NCBI GenBank assembly: GCA_036444275.1
Contig: JAZGAD010000048.1
Span: forward strand, 18,542-82,541
DNA length: 64,000 bases
Origin: Candidatus Hydrothermarchaeales archaeon
GTDB lineage: Archaea > Hydrothermarchaeota > Hydrothermarchaeia > Hydrothermarchaeales > JAZGAD01
Reading direction: 5' to 3'
The stretch's first letter is position 1. Each line of letters starts with the position of its first letter. Positions 17,237 through 26,810 of this stretch are shown here, piece after piece. The translations under genes and the position numbers were made by a program. The notes beneath the pieces are model-generated. The model saw only the letters and a list, made by a program, of their open reading frames with translations, was not told the DNA's origin and did no database searches.

Positions 17237-19711
17237 TCACATCGTACCTAGTGCTGTTAGCAGGTATATGGTAAGCATGGTTGCCATTATGATAACTGCA
17301 ATACTAATACCACTGATATTCGGTGTCTCATACAACAACTTACGGCTTTTTTGCTCAAATTCCGCTGCTCTATTCTGGAAGCCCGGTATCTCCTCCTCTC
17401 CAAAGAGTAGATCAAAGGGATATGAAAGCATTGCATATGGATATTTGGCCACCGTGATTACGTCCTCACCTATTTCCCTGAAGAAATCCTCTGCATTCTG
17501 GTCGAATATCGAGACCGGCTCCCTAAGGTACTTGAATCTTACTTTCACCCCCAGAATCCTGTCCTGTATGTCCTTTGGTAGGCTTGAAACCTTGATGAAT
17601 TCTTTACCTCTCTTTATGTATAAATCATCTATGCTATCAAACCTTGTCATGGGTGACTTCGCTATCTCAATAAACTTTCTACCGCGCTTTATATACAAGT
17701 ATAACATGCCAGACTTTCCAGGTGGACCGACTGCATCCACAAGCTTCTCACCGGTTTTAACGTATCCCTTGTCTATCATCCTGTCAAATTCCGTAGCGGG
17801 CGCAGCAGCCTCAACCAGCCTCTTACCCGTGCCCACATAGGCCTCATCTATCACTCTATCGAATTCCGTAGCAGGCACAGCTACCCTCATCATCTTCCTA
17901 CCCGAGCCCACATAGGCATTATCTATAACCCTGTCGAAACTCGTAAACGGACCCATGCAAAGCCCTACCAAGGCACCGGCAGTCCGGCCATACCAATAAT
18001 CAACCCCCAACCAACTCGGCAAGTGGATGTGGAACCAACCCTGCTTTATCCCAAGGGCATAGACAAGAGCACCTATAAACAAGCTGACGCCAATACCTAA
18101 GAGGCTATGCACAGTCCACACGTCTATATAGGCCAACTCCTCTACGAAGACCCCGCCATAGGTATAGGCAGAGGCAGCGGGAATCAAGAAACGGTCAACC
18201 AAGAGATTCGGCAACACACCCAAGAGGAGTATCACAGAGGCAAGGCCGCCCATAGCAATCTTCATAGGCAAGGGAGCATCCCTAACCTCGCCGAAACGCT
18301 CATCCTTCTTACCCAGGAACGTGAACGTAACCAGCTTAATAAACGAGGCAGCAGTACCGCCGCCCGTGACTACAAATATGAGTTCAGCGAGATGCAGGGA
18401 ATTCATGCCAAGCAGGGGAATCACCACGCTAGAGGCCTCCTTAGCCTCGATGATAGCATCATGCAGGATAGTCTTACTCGCATAGCCATTGAAACCAGGC
18501 ACACCAACAATACCAGCGGCTGCAATCACCATGACCAAAAACGTGAAAGGCATATCCCTCCACAGGCCGCCCAACTTATACATGTTAAGCTCTTTGGTAC
18601 GATAATAGACAGCGCCGACGCCAAGGAACAACAAGGCCTTAAACAAGGCATGGTTAATGATGTGGTAGACACCACCAGCAAAGCCAATCACACCCCCATA
18701 GCCGAGGTAGGCGCCAACGCCAATACCCATGAGTATGTATCCCATCTGGCTTATACTATGATACGCCAGCATACGCTTAGAATTCTCCTGCAACAAGGCC
18801 ATGCAGACAGCAAAAAACATAGTCACAATACCAATCCAGATCATCCAATAACCAATAACAGACGTAGCATCCCAAGCACCACTAAGAGAAAACGCCCCAA
18901 TGCTAGGCGTGAACATCATGTTCACCACCCTAACAATACCATAGGCACCGGCCTTAATCATGACGCCAGAGAGCAAGGCACTAGCAGGCGAAGGAGCAAC
19001 AGGGTGCGCCTCAGGCAGCCAAATGTGCACAGGAAACATACCAGCCTTCACGCCAAAGCCCAGTACCATCAACCCAGCTATCGCATACCTCCACGAGCCT
19101 AGGAAAGCCAATTCCTCTGCCAAAGGAACAAGAGCGAGAGAACCAGTATAGATATAGATTAGTACAATGCCAAACAAGAGCGAGAGGCCACCCCCAATCC
19201 CCATGAACAAGTATTTCCTACCGGCACGCATAGCCGCAGGCGTCTCAGTGTGTACAACTAGGACCCAGGAGCTCAGGGTAAGCAGCTCAAAAAAGATGAA
19301 CAAACTGAAGAGGTCACCAGTCAACAGGACGCCAAGGTCAGCGGCGAGAGTAAGCACAAAGAAGGCGTAGTACCTATCCCTAGCGTGTTCATGCGTCATA
19401 TAACTGATAGAATAGACCGCTACAAGAAGCCAGACAAAAGAAGTGACCAGGGCAAAGAGGAAGCCAGTGCCGTCAACCCAGAAGCCAATGCCAAAGATCA
19501 TGAGGCTCCCCAAGTCGTACCCGACGACACCGCCGCCACTTATAACGGGGTACATAGAGGCAACAAGGACGAACGAAGCGAGGCAGATGGCTACGGCAAG
19601 GGCATCTCTAAGGCGTTCGGAACGCCTGCCCAGTGGATACAAAAACAAAGACCCCAACAAAGGCACAAACACAGCCAAAGCTGGCGTTATTGATATTTCC
19701 ATGGGTGTCAT
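17237..19711 (-). CDS. MrpA/NuoL-like large antiporter subunit with repeat-extended C-terminal helix
   Basis: FIFFELL, GFGVKAGMFPVHIWLPEAHPVAP, VMIKAG, HALFKALLF, GYASK; C-terminal PATEFDR repeats and terminal TM. Confidence 0.9.
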   Translation of the reverse strand: MTPMEISITPALAVFVPLLGSLFLYPLGRRSERLRDALAVAICLASFVLVASMYPVISGGGVVGYDLGSLMIFGIGFWVDGTGFLFALVTSFVWLLVAVYSISYMTHEHARDRYYAFFVLTLAADLGVLLTGDLFSLFIFFELLTLSSWVLVVHTETPAAMRAGRKYLFMGIGGGLSLLFGIVLIYIYTGSLALVPLAEELAFLGSWRYAIAGLMVLGFGVKAGMFPVHIWLPEAHPVAPSPASALLSGVMIKAGAYGIVRVVNMMFTPSIGAFSLSGAWDATSVIGYWMIWIGIVTMFFAVCMALLQENSKRMLAYHSISQMGYILMGIGVGAYLGYGGVIGFAGGVYHIINHALFKALLFLGVGAVYYRTKELNMYKLGGLWRDMPFTFLVMVIAAAGIVGVPGFNGYASKTILHDAIIEAKEASSVVIPLLGMNSLHLAELIFVVTGGGTAASFIKLVTFTFLGKKDERFGEVRDAPLPMKIAMGGLASVILLLGVLPNLLVDRFLIPAASAYTYGGVFVEELAYIDVWTVHSLLGIGVSLFIGALVYALGIKQGWFHIHLPSWLGVDYWYGRTAGALVGLCMGPFTSFDRVIDNAYVGSGRKMMRVAVPATEFDRVIDEAYVGTGKRLVEAAAPATEFDRMIDKGYVKTGEKLVDAVGPPGKSGMLYLYIKRGRKFIEIAKSPMTRFDSIDDLYIKRGKEFIKVSSLPKDIQDRILGVKVRFKYLREPVSIFDQNAEDFFREIGEDVITVAKYPYAMLSYPFDLLFGEEEIPGFQNRAAEFEQKSRKLLYETPNISGISIAVIIMATMLTIYLLTALGTM
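17722..17875 (-). repeat. About 155 bp near-identical to 8676..8830 in inverted orientation
   Basis: Reverse complement contains cctatgtgggcacgggtaagaggctggttgag and cccgctacggaatttgacaggatgatagacaagggata, identical to the fpoL-slot gene. Confidence 0.92.
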
Positions 19712-19729
19712 ACTCTATCTATGCTCCTA

Positions 19730-21232
19730 CTAGAATAGTGCAGGCATATGTAGAAATTGTCTAACAGCTGCATGAGTTAATCTGAATGGCGTATACGGCA
19801 CGTTTACAAAAATCCCGAGAGCTATTGTAGCTATTGCTAATACAACTGCAGGCAATATTAATCTTATTGGTGCTTCATCATATTCTGTTATTCCGTCATC
19901 AGGCTCTTCAAAGAAGCCATTGTAGATAATGGGGAGATAATACCCAGCATTCAGAAACGCACTGATCAATATCACGATTACGAAGATAGGGTGCCCTGCC
20001 TCAAGGGACCCTATAGCAATAAACCACTTTGTTATGAAGCCCGTTAGGGGCGGGAAGCCTATTACCCCCAATGCACAGATGGAAAAGGTCATCATTGTTA
20101 TGGGCATACGTTTTCCGAGGCCGCGCATCTCGCTTATATTCTTTTTTCCGGTATGCACAAACATCGCACCTGCAATGAAGAATAGCCCACTCTTCATGAT
20201 AGCCTGGTGAACTATGTGTATTATACCGCCAGTTAGGCCGTTTGGGCTTAATAGCGCTACCCCCAAGACGACGTAGGAGAGCTGACTCACAGTCGAATAC
20301 GCAAGCCTCAACTTCAGATTATTTTGTCTAAACGCGTATATTGAAGCCACGAGTATCGTTATCGTTGCAACATAGGCGAGGATTATACCGAGGCCGAGCT
20401 CGCGCATGAGGTCCACACCAAATATATTATACACTACCCTAACGATCCCAAATACCCCTGCCTCTACTACTGCAAGAAGAGCGTTAGCCGGTGTAGGCGC
20501 AACCATAGATGTGGGGAGCCACCCATGCAGGGGCATTATCGCTGACTTGACGCCGAAACCCATTATATACACCAAGAAAAGCAGACGCAGTGTATTCACC
20601 GGGGCAGTGCCTGCCAGTATGCCTGTCTGGGACAGCGTTACAGTGCCGGCCAACACATATGTCATGGCCATAGCACCTAAAACAGTTACCCCCCCGAATA
20701 ATACATACATCAAGTATTTTCTACCAGCGCGCATCGCCTCTTCTGTCTCATGGTGTATTATCAATGGATAGACACTTATTGACAACATTTCGTAGAATAT
20801 GAACAAAGTGAACATGTTGCCGGCATAGGCTATGCCATTAGCCGCTGCAATAGACATTGCAAATGCCGCATAAAACCTAGTCTGGTTTCGCTCACGCATA
20901 CTCCTCATGTACCCTATTGTGTAGATCGCCAAGAGGATCCACATAGAGGAGGACAAGAACGCGAAGAACTGCCCAAGAGCATCTACCCTGAACTCCAGTG
21001 TAAGCATCGGGGAAATCCTAATTAGATTGGACTTATATTCTATTATGGTACCCTGCAAAGTAGGCGGCAGCAGTGACGCAACAACCCAGAATATGGATAA
21101 CGCCGCACCCATAGTCCAGAATTCTCGTAGGTTTTTGCGCTTTTCGCCTGACAGCAATATTAGGAAAGCACAGATGATGGCTCCCAGCGGAGCCAACGCA
21201 GGTCTAATAGACTGGACTACTTCAGCTACCAA
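19730..21232 (-). CDS. mrpD: MrpD-type antiporter subunit (third)
   Basis: NLREFWT, LFIFYEML, GFGVKSAIMPLHGWLP, LAYSTVSQL and GFITKW motifs. Confidence 0.9.
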   Translation of the reverse strand: MVAEVVQSIRPALAPLGAIICAFLILLSGEKRKNLREFWTMGAALSIFWVVASLLPPTLQGTIIEYKSNLIRISPMLTLEFRVDALGQFFAFLSSSMWILLAIYTIGYMRSMRERNQTRFYAAFAMSIAAANGIAYAGNMFTLFIFYEMLSISVYPLIIHHETEEAMRAGRKYLMYVLFGGVTVLGAMAMTYVLAGTVTLSQTGILAGTAPVNTLRLLFLVYIMGFGVKSAIMPLHGWLPTSMVAPTPANALLAVVEAGVFGIVRVVYNIFGVDLMRELGLGIILAYVATITILVASIYAFRQNNLKLRLAYSTVSQLSYVVLGVALLSPNGLTGGIIHIVHQAIMKSGLFFIAGAMFVHTGKKNISEMRGLGKRMPITMMTFSICALGVIGFPPLTGFITKWFIAIGSLEAGHPIFVIVILISAFLNAGYYLPIIYNGFFEEPDDGITEYDEAPIRLILPAVVLAIATIALGIFVNVPYTPFRLTHAAVRQFLHMPALF

Positions 21233-21246
21233 TTCATCACCTCAAA

Positions 21247-22725
21247 TCAAAGCCCCAACAACTCTGCAGCAGGGTGTATCAAAGCCAAGGGGATATTCGG
21301 GAGGATTCCAAACAACAATACGCCTAGTGCCAGCAGGAGTATTGGGATCAGCATTACAAGGGGTGCCTCATCTATCTCTATTTCCTCGTGCGCCTCCCCG
21401 AAGTACGCCCCTATGATGATCGGCATGTAGTACACGGCATTCATCATACTGCTGATTAGTAGGACCGCAACGAAGACTGCGAGTACCGTGCTGCCCGCAT
21501 CCATCGCTCCTAGGAGCAGGTACCACTTGCTTATGAATCCAGCTAGTGGTGGAAAACCAATCATAGAGAGCGCGGATATCGAAAATGCAAGCATGGTAAG
21601 GGGCATCTTTCTACCAATACCTTTGAAGTCATCTATATGCGTCATCCCTGTCTTGAATATCAGAGCCCCTGCGCAGAGGAAGAGGGCATCCTTCATCAAC
21701 ACATGGTTGAAGAGGTGGAGTATGCTTCCCTCTAGGCCTCGTTTAGTGAGGAACATTGATCCCAAGATTACGTATCCAATTTGGCTTATGGAGGAATATG
21801 CTAGCATACGCTTAAGCACCTTCTGCGATATCGCCACGGCTGAGCCAAGGATTATGCCCATGCCGGCGAGTATAGCTACTGGCACAGCGATGTTCATCTG
21901 GCGGATCAGTTCGATGCCGAATATGTTGTACACCGTCCTGATGATCCCGAATGCACCTGCCTTTATCATCACCCCTGAAAGCAATGCACTGCACGGCGCG
22001 GGAGCGACAGGATGCGCATCAGGCAACCAGATGTGCATCGGGAACATCCCCGCCTTTGTTCCGAACCCGATTATGTAGCACACGAATATTATATATGTTA
22101 TGGTGCCCTGATACTCCAAGAGCCCCAACCTATTCAGGTCCAGTACATCTGCTTGTATATATGTCATGACCACAGCGAAGAGCAAGAAGAGGCCGCCCCC
22201 AATACCCATGTATAAGTACTTCTTTCCAGCAGTCATAGCCTCCTCGGTCTCCTCGTGTATAACAAGTACCCACGATGCTAGGGCGAGAACCTCGAAGTGC
22301 ACGTAAAGGGTGAAGAGGTTCTTCGCGAAGACGACGCCGAGCATGGCGTGGAGGGTCAGGATTAGGAAGGCATAGTACCTATTCTTAGCATGCTGAGGCT
22401 CCATATATGCTATGGAATATATCGTCGCGAGAAGCCAGGCGAATGCACCGACAATGCCGACTACCAGCCCAAAGGGATCAGCCATGTACTCGATGGCGAT
22501 AGGGGAGATCGTGGACGGTAGGACAATAAACTCTGGTACAATGCCCTGCAACACCCGCGGGATCAGAGCCAAGAGCGCCAGAAAGGAGATTGCAGCAGTA
22601 ACCACTGCTAACTTGTTCCTCAGACTCTCAGACCGCTTTCCAGCGAAATAAATTGGCACCGCCATGAAGGCCGGCAACCAAACTGCTATAACGGGCAATA
22701 TAGAACTTCCAGTGCTGAATGTCAT
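21247..22725 (-). CDS. mrpD: MrpD-type antiporter subunit (second)
   Basis: GFGTKAGMFPMHIWLPDAHP, VMIKAG, LKRMLAYSS and GFISKW motifs. Confidence 0.9.
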   Translation of the reverse strand: MTFSTGSSILPVIAVWLPAFMAVPIYFAGKRSESLRNKLAVVTAAISFLALLALIPRVLQGIVPEFIVLPSTISPIAIEYMADPFGLVVGIVGAFAWLLATIYSIAYMEPQHAKNRYYAFLILTLHAMLGVVFAKNLFTLYVHFEVLALASWVLVIHEETEEAMTAGKKYLYMGIGGGLFLLFAVVMTYIQADVLDLNRLGLLEYQGTITYIIFVCYIIGFGTKAGMFPMHIWLPDAHPVAPAPCSALLSGVMIKAGAFGIIRTVYNIFGIELIRQMNIAVPVAILAGMGIILGSAVAISQKVLKRMLAYSSISQIGYVILGSMFLTKRGLEGSILHLFNHVLMKDALFLCAGALIFKTGMTHIDDFKGIGRKMPLTMLAFSISALSMIGFPPLAGFISKWYLLLGAMDAGSTVLAVFVAVLLISSMMNAVYYMPIIIGAYFGEAHEEIEIDEAPLVMLIPILLLALGVLLFGILPNIPLALIHPAAELLGL

Positions 22726-22769
22726 GCAGCCACCCTTCTAGTTTCTACGCAACCATGGGTAAGCCGTTC

Positions 22770-22790
22770 TACTTACTTATAACTTTCTAT
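22770..22790 (-). promoter_or_regulatory. Putative internal BRE/TATA promoter inside the mrp operon
   Basis: Reverse strand AGAAAGTTATAAGTA within a 140-bp AT-rich gap upstream of 22725. Confidence 0.45.
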
Positions 22791-22865
22791 TCGTCTTGTT
22801 AATCACTCCTAAGTGATGACCTAATATTTATTATTAATTATTATAATTTTAGATTTTAGGATGAA

Positions 22866-24356
22866 CTAGAGGCCAAGTAATCTAACTGCGGGCCTGATCA
22901 TGGACAAGGGTCTGCTAGCGAATATTCCGAAGGCTATGCTTGCAAGCGCTAAAATAATAGTGGGTACCAGCATGCTTATCGGTGCCTCGTCTACTTTGAT
23001 CCCCTCTTCGATGTGGCCGAAGTATATATGGTTTATTACCCTGAAGAAGTATACAGCATTAAGCAGGCTGCTGGCCAGTATAACAAATACAAATGCTAGG
23101 TTTCCCGCCTCCAAGCTTCCGAGGACCAGGAACCATTTGCTCATGAAACCTGCTAGAGGTGGTATGCCGACCATTGCGAGAGCTGCCACTGAAAAAGCTC
23201 CCATCGTTAAAGGCATCTTCCGCCCAAGCCCGCCGTAATCCCTTATATCTCTTATACCTGTCTTATAAATTACGGCGCCGGCAGCTAGGAACATGGCAGT
23301 CTTCATAACAGAGTGATTGATTAGGTGAAAGATCCCACCAGTTAAGCCGCTTTCAGTAATCAATGTTGCACCCAGGATGATATAGCCGATCTGGCTTACA
23401 CTCGAATATGCCAGTAGCCGCATCACATCATTTTGCGCTATCGCGAATAAAGAACCCATGATTATTGCCGTGGCAGCGAGGAGAGCCAGTATAGTATCGA
23501 TATGTGTTAGCGAAACGAAGGATATACCAAATATGGAGTAAAAAAGCCTTATGAGGACATACGCACAGACCTCTATCTTTATACCCGAGGACAATGCATT
23601 CACTGGAGCGGGCGCATGCGTATAGGCATCTGGCATCCATATATGCAGTGGGAACAATGCAGCTTTTAAACTGAATCCAACGACAAGAAAGCCAAGCGCC
23701 CCGGCAACTATAGTCGGGTAGATAAGTCTCGCCGTCTTCAGCCTTATCGCTAGGTCAGCCATGTTAAGCGTGCCGGTAATCATGTAAAGCAGGCCTATGC
23801 CGATCAACACGAAGGTCGAGGCAATTGCAGCCATGTAGAGGTACCTGAAGCTAGCTTCAAACTGGCCCTCCTCACCCTTTTTCCCAGCGATCGGAACCAG
23901 TGCATACGACGATAATGACATGATCTCTAGGAAGACGAAGAGGTTGAAGATATCCCCTGTAACGACCATCCCGGTGAGACCAGCCAGCAACAACATGACT
24001 AGGGCGTAGTATATGCCAATGTTCCTCTCTTCGATTCCCTTCTCGGCGTATCTAGCAGAGTATATGACTATAAGTAGCCCCACGCCGGCAATCATCAAGG
24101 CCATTAACGCCCCGAGGTAGTCTATAGATATCTCTATACCCCACGGCGGCTGCCAGTTGCCTACGTGATAATGTATGGTACCTGTTGCTAGCACCCTGAG
24201 TGCGATATTTACAGCCATATAACAGGACATGAGCATTGCGGAGACTGCTGTGAGTACGCATAATTTTTTTTTCCGCAGTGCAAGTACTGGTATGAGATAC
24301 GCCCCTATCAAGGGGGTAACCACAATCAGCACTGGAAAATGAGAAGATATGCCCAT
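22866..24356 (-). CDS. mrpD: MrpD/MbhH antiporter subunit (first)
   Basis: GNWQPPWGI, TGDIFNLFVFLEI, LKAALFPLHIWMPDAY and GFMSKW motifs. Confidence 0.92.
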   Translation of the reverse strand: MGISSHFPVLIVVTPLIGAYLIPVLALRKKKLCVLTAVSAMLMSCYMAVNIALRVLATGTIHYHVGNWQPPWGIEISIDYLGALMALMIAGVGLLIVIYSARYAEKGIEERNIGIYYALVMLLLAGLTGMVVTGDIFNLFVFLEIMSLSSYALVPIAGKKGEEGQFEASFRYLYMAAIASTFVLIGIGLLYMITGTLNMADLAIRLKTARLIYPTIVAGALGFLVVGFSLKAALFPLHIWMPDAYTHAPAPVNALSSGIKIEVCAYVLIRLFYSIFGISFVSLTHIDTILALLAATAIIMGSLFAIAQNDVMRLLAYSSVSQIGYIILGATLITESGLTGGIFHLINHSVMKTAMFLAAGAVIYKTGIRDIRDYGGLGRKMPLTMGAFSVAALAMVGIPPLAGFMSKWFLVLGSLEAGNLAFVFVILASSLLNAVYFFRVINHIYFGHIEEGIKVDEAPISMLVPTIILALASIAFGIFASRPLSMIRPAVRLLGL

Positions 24357-24368
24357 CTGCCCCCTCCC

Positions 24369-24728
24369 TTAGCGCTTCCTGATCTCCCTGATCTTATCTG
24401 CATCTAGGGTCCCATATTGATCATACAGCTTCACTATGAGGCCCAGCGCAAAGGCTGTGACGCTGACTGCGACGACTATCGCTGTTAGTATGAGTGCTTG
24501 TGGCAGGGGATTTACATAAATAGGGTTCTCAACGCCGGGTATTACGATTGGTGCTATGCCGCCACGGACGCTTCCCATGGATATAAAGAAGAGGAAGACA
24601 GAGGTATCCATGATATTCATTCCGATGATCTTTTTTATCAGGTTCCTCTTGGTGATCACGGTGTATAGTCCTATTAAGAAGAGCGTTGACGAGATGAGGT
24701 AGTTGTATTGGAAGAATAGCGGCGTCAT
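24369..24728 (-). CDS. mrpC: MrpC/MbhG subunit
   Basis: NLIKKIIG and NPLPQALILTAIVV motifs. Confidence 0.93.
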   Translation of the reverse strand: MTPLFFQYNYLISSTLFLIGLYTVITKRNLIKKIIGMNIMDTSVFLFFISMGSVRGGIAPIVIPGVENPIYVNPLPQALILTAIVVAVSVTAFALGLIVKLYDQYGTLDADKIREIRKR

Positions 24729-25151
24729 TTACTCATATTCCTCCGCTATTGTGTAAAAGAGCGTCTTCCCAGTGCTCGCGACCTTGAAGCCTATTACCAC
24801 GTTAATCGCTAGGATTATACCGCCGCTGAAAAGCTTTCCAGGGCTCCCTATTGGTATACCTACAATCTTATTTGCAAGGAAAGTGCCCCCCAAGACAATG
24901 CCTACTAGACCTATCAATGCATAGAAAAAAGTAGAGCTCTCAAGAACAGTAGACAATAGATGGTTGGCTCTTCTACGCCCTTCGTCTAAGCCGAACACCA
25001 CGGCGAGTAATATCATGCTCGCCCCTATTACAGCACCCCCTTGGAAACCGCCTCCAGGGGTTAGGTGTCCATGGAAAATGATGTACAGCCCATACATCTG
25101 TATGAAGGGAATCATTAACCTAGCCGTCGTCTTAATGATGAGATCTTCCAT
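24729..25151 (-). CDS. mrpB: MrpB/MbhF subunit
   Basis: HGHLTPGGGFQGG motif; likely start MEDLII. Confidence 0.92.
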   Translation of the reverse strand: MEDLIIKTTARLMIPFIQMYGLYIIFHGHLTPGGGFQGGAVIGASMILLAVVFGLDEGRRRANHLLSTVLESSTFFYALIGLVGIVLGGTFLANKIVGIPIGSPGKLFSGGIILAINVVIGFKVASTGKTLFYTIAEEYE

Positions 25152-25443
25152 CTTTTTCCTCCTGCAATGCGAGAATAGAGATAACGCCAAGGGCAGCTGT
25201 ATAGAGCACAGTGGCCTCGCCTAGAGTGTCGTAAGCTCGATAGTCAGCGATTATGCTGGCAACGATGTTCAGCGCCCCTGTCTCCTCCACGTTTTTCGTT
25301 ACGTATCTCGGTACAACATGGGTGTATGCTGGTGCGTTGGGATCACCGAATCTAGGCATCTCAGCGACTAGGGAGACGAGGATGTAGCCTATTAACAACA
25401 CGAAGACTAGAGCTACAAGCCTCCTCCCACCTATCCTCTTCAT
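25132..25443 (-). CDS. MbhE-like subunit (split MrpA C-terminal part)
   Basis: TGALNIVASIIADYRAYDTLGEATV motif. Confidence 0.9.
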   Translation of the reverse strand: MKRIGGRRLVALVFVLLIGYILVSLVAEMPRFGDPNAPAYTHVVPRYVTKNVEETGALNIVASIIADYRAYDTLGEATVLYTAALGVISILALQEEKDGRSHH

Positions 25444-25685
25444 TCCTCCTCCCACCTCGTGGTCTTACTTATCGTTGCTACAAAGAGCATCGTCGTGATA
25501 CCAGCTCCAACCGCTGCCTCGGTTATGGCTACATCGGGTGCATTCAGTTGCTGCCATATAATCGACATGACCATGCTATATGCAGAGAAAATCACCGTCG
25601 CTGCGAGCAGGTCCTTTGTGCGTATGACCTCTATGGCGCATACTACGAGGAAGAATAGAAATATCAGGTCTAGAATCCATATCAT
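25440..25685 (-). CDS. MbhD/DUF4040-like subunit
   Basis: LNAPDVAITEAAVGAG motif. Confidence 0.9.
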   Translation of the reverse strand: MIWILDLIFLFFLVVCAIEVIRTKDLLAATVIFSAYSMVMSIIWQQLNAPDVAITEAAVGAGITTMLFVATISKTTRWEEE

Positions 25686-26008
25686 CTCTTCACCCCCTTG
25701 TACTCGTCGACCACGCTTCCCTCCCATAGCTCCACGCCGCTTACATAGGCGGCTTTAGCTATAGCGTGCGCCGTAGTGGGGTTTACCCATACAATGAAGA
25801 CTATAATCAGAAGGATCTTGAAGCTAGTAAAAGATAAACCGGAATAAATAGCAAGGCCTAGGAATATGGAGATAGCACCGAGGGTATCGCATTTTGTCGT
25901 TGCGTGCATCCTCGTGTATACGTCTGGAAACCTTAAGAGGCCTATGGTGCCGATTACGAAGAAGAATACCCCCATCAGTAATAATGCTAGAACGACGATG
26001 TCGATCAT
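25682..26008 (-). CDS. mrpG: MrpG subunit
   Basis: GLLRFPDVYTRMHATTK and NPTTAHAIAKA motifs. Confidence 0.93.
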   Translation of the reverse strand: MIDIVVLALLLMGVFFFVIGTIGLLRFPDVYTRMHATTKCDTLGAISIFLGLAIYSGLSFTSFKILLIIVFIVWVNPTTAHAIAKAAYVSGVELWEGSVVDEYKGVKR

Positions 26009-26277
26009 CCTGTCACCTTCCCTGTTTCCAAATATTTCGATATGGTTATAGCTGATAGGAAGTTGATCAAGGCATAGACGATGGCAACGTCTATGTAGAG
26101 GGGATGACCGTATATGAATGCGAATAGCACTAGGATAACCAGGGTCTTGGTGCCGATGACGTTTATCGCGATAAGCCTATCCGGCAAAGATGGGCCTTTT
26201 ACACCCCTATAGAGACAGAGGAAGCTCGTGAAGCCGAGTATTATGCCTATTGCCACGAAGACCGTAGCAGGAATCAT
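26005..26277 (-). CDS. mrpF: MrpF subunit
   Basis: GPSLPDRLIA and YIDVAIVYALINF motifs. Confidence 0.92.
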   Translation of the reverse strand: MIPATVFVAIGIILGFTSFLCLYRGVKGPSLPDRLIAINVIGTKTLVILVLFAFIYGHPLYIDVAIVYALINFLSAITISKYLETGKVTG

Positions 26278-26789
26278 TCCATCGCCTCCAGCTTTTCCAG
26301 TCTGTCCTTCATATGCCACTTCTTCACGCCTTCAGCGGCTTCTGTCGTCAGTGCATGCACATAGTAGGTGTTATTTATGAGGTCTACAGTTAGAGTACCT
26401 GGAGTGAGGGTGATGGAGTTCGCAAGCGTAACCTTGGTGATGTCCTTGCGGAGTTTCGTCTCGAATTTCACTATACCCGGAGATATCGGCATCTTTGGGT
26501 CTAGCACGATGCGTGCAACCTGGATGTTGGCCTTTATTATCTCAAATATAAAGTGGGCTACATAGCTAAAAAGAAATAATGCAAGAACTTTCGGTCTTGG
26601 AAGCTTCTCTCCCCTCTGCACGAGAAGGTCACGGGAAAACGTAGCTATAAGCAGGGCAGAGAGGATGCCAACGAAGACGTGTTGCAGGTCAATGGTGGAT
26701 GAGACGAACATCCAGAATAAAAACAGGATAGCAGATGCGATCAGGATATCGCTATTATCTCTTATACCTTTACTTCTTAATCTTACCAC
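26274..26789 (-). CDS. mrpE: MrpE subunit
   Basis: ANIQVA, ISPGIV and LANSITLTPGT motifs. Confidence 0.93.
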   Translation of the reverse strand: MVRLRSKGIRDNSDILIASAILFLFWMFVSSTIDLQHVFVGILSALLIATFSRDLLVQRGEKLPRPKVLALFLFSYVAHFIFEIIKANIQVARIVLDPKMPISPGIVKFETKLRKDITKVTLANSITLTPGTLTVDLINNTYYVHALTTEAAEGVKKWHMKDRLEKLEAME

Positions 26790-26810
26790 AATACGGCCTC
26801 ACATTATTGC

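Noticed and set aside
18107-19733. Long + strand ORFs (331 aa and others)
   Set aside because: Antisense shadows of the antiporter gene, caused by a T-poor + strand with few stop codons.
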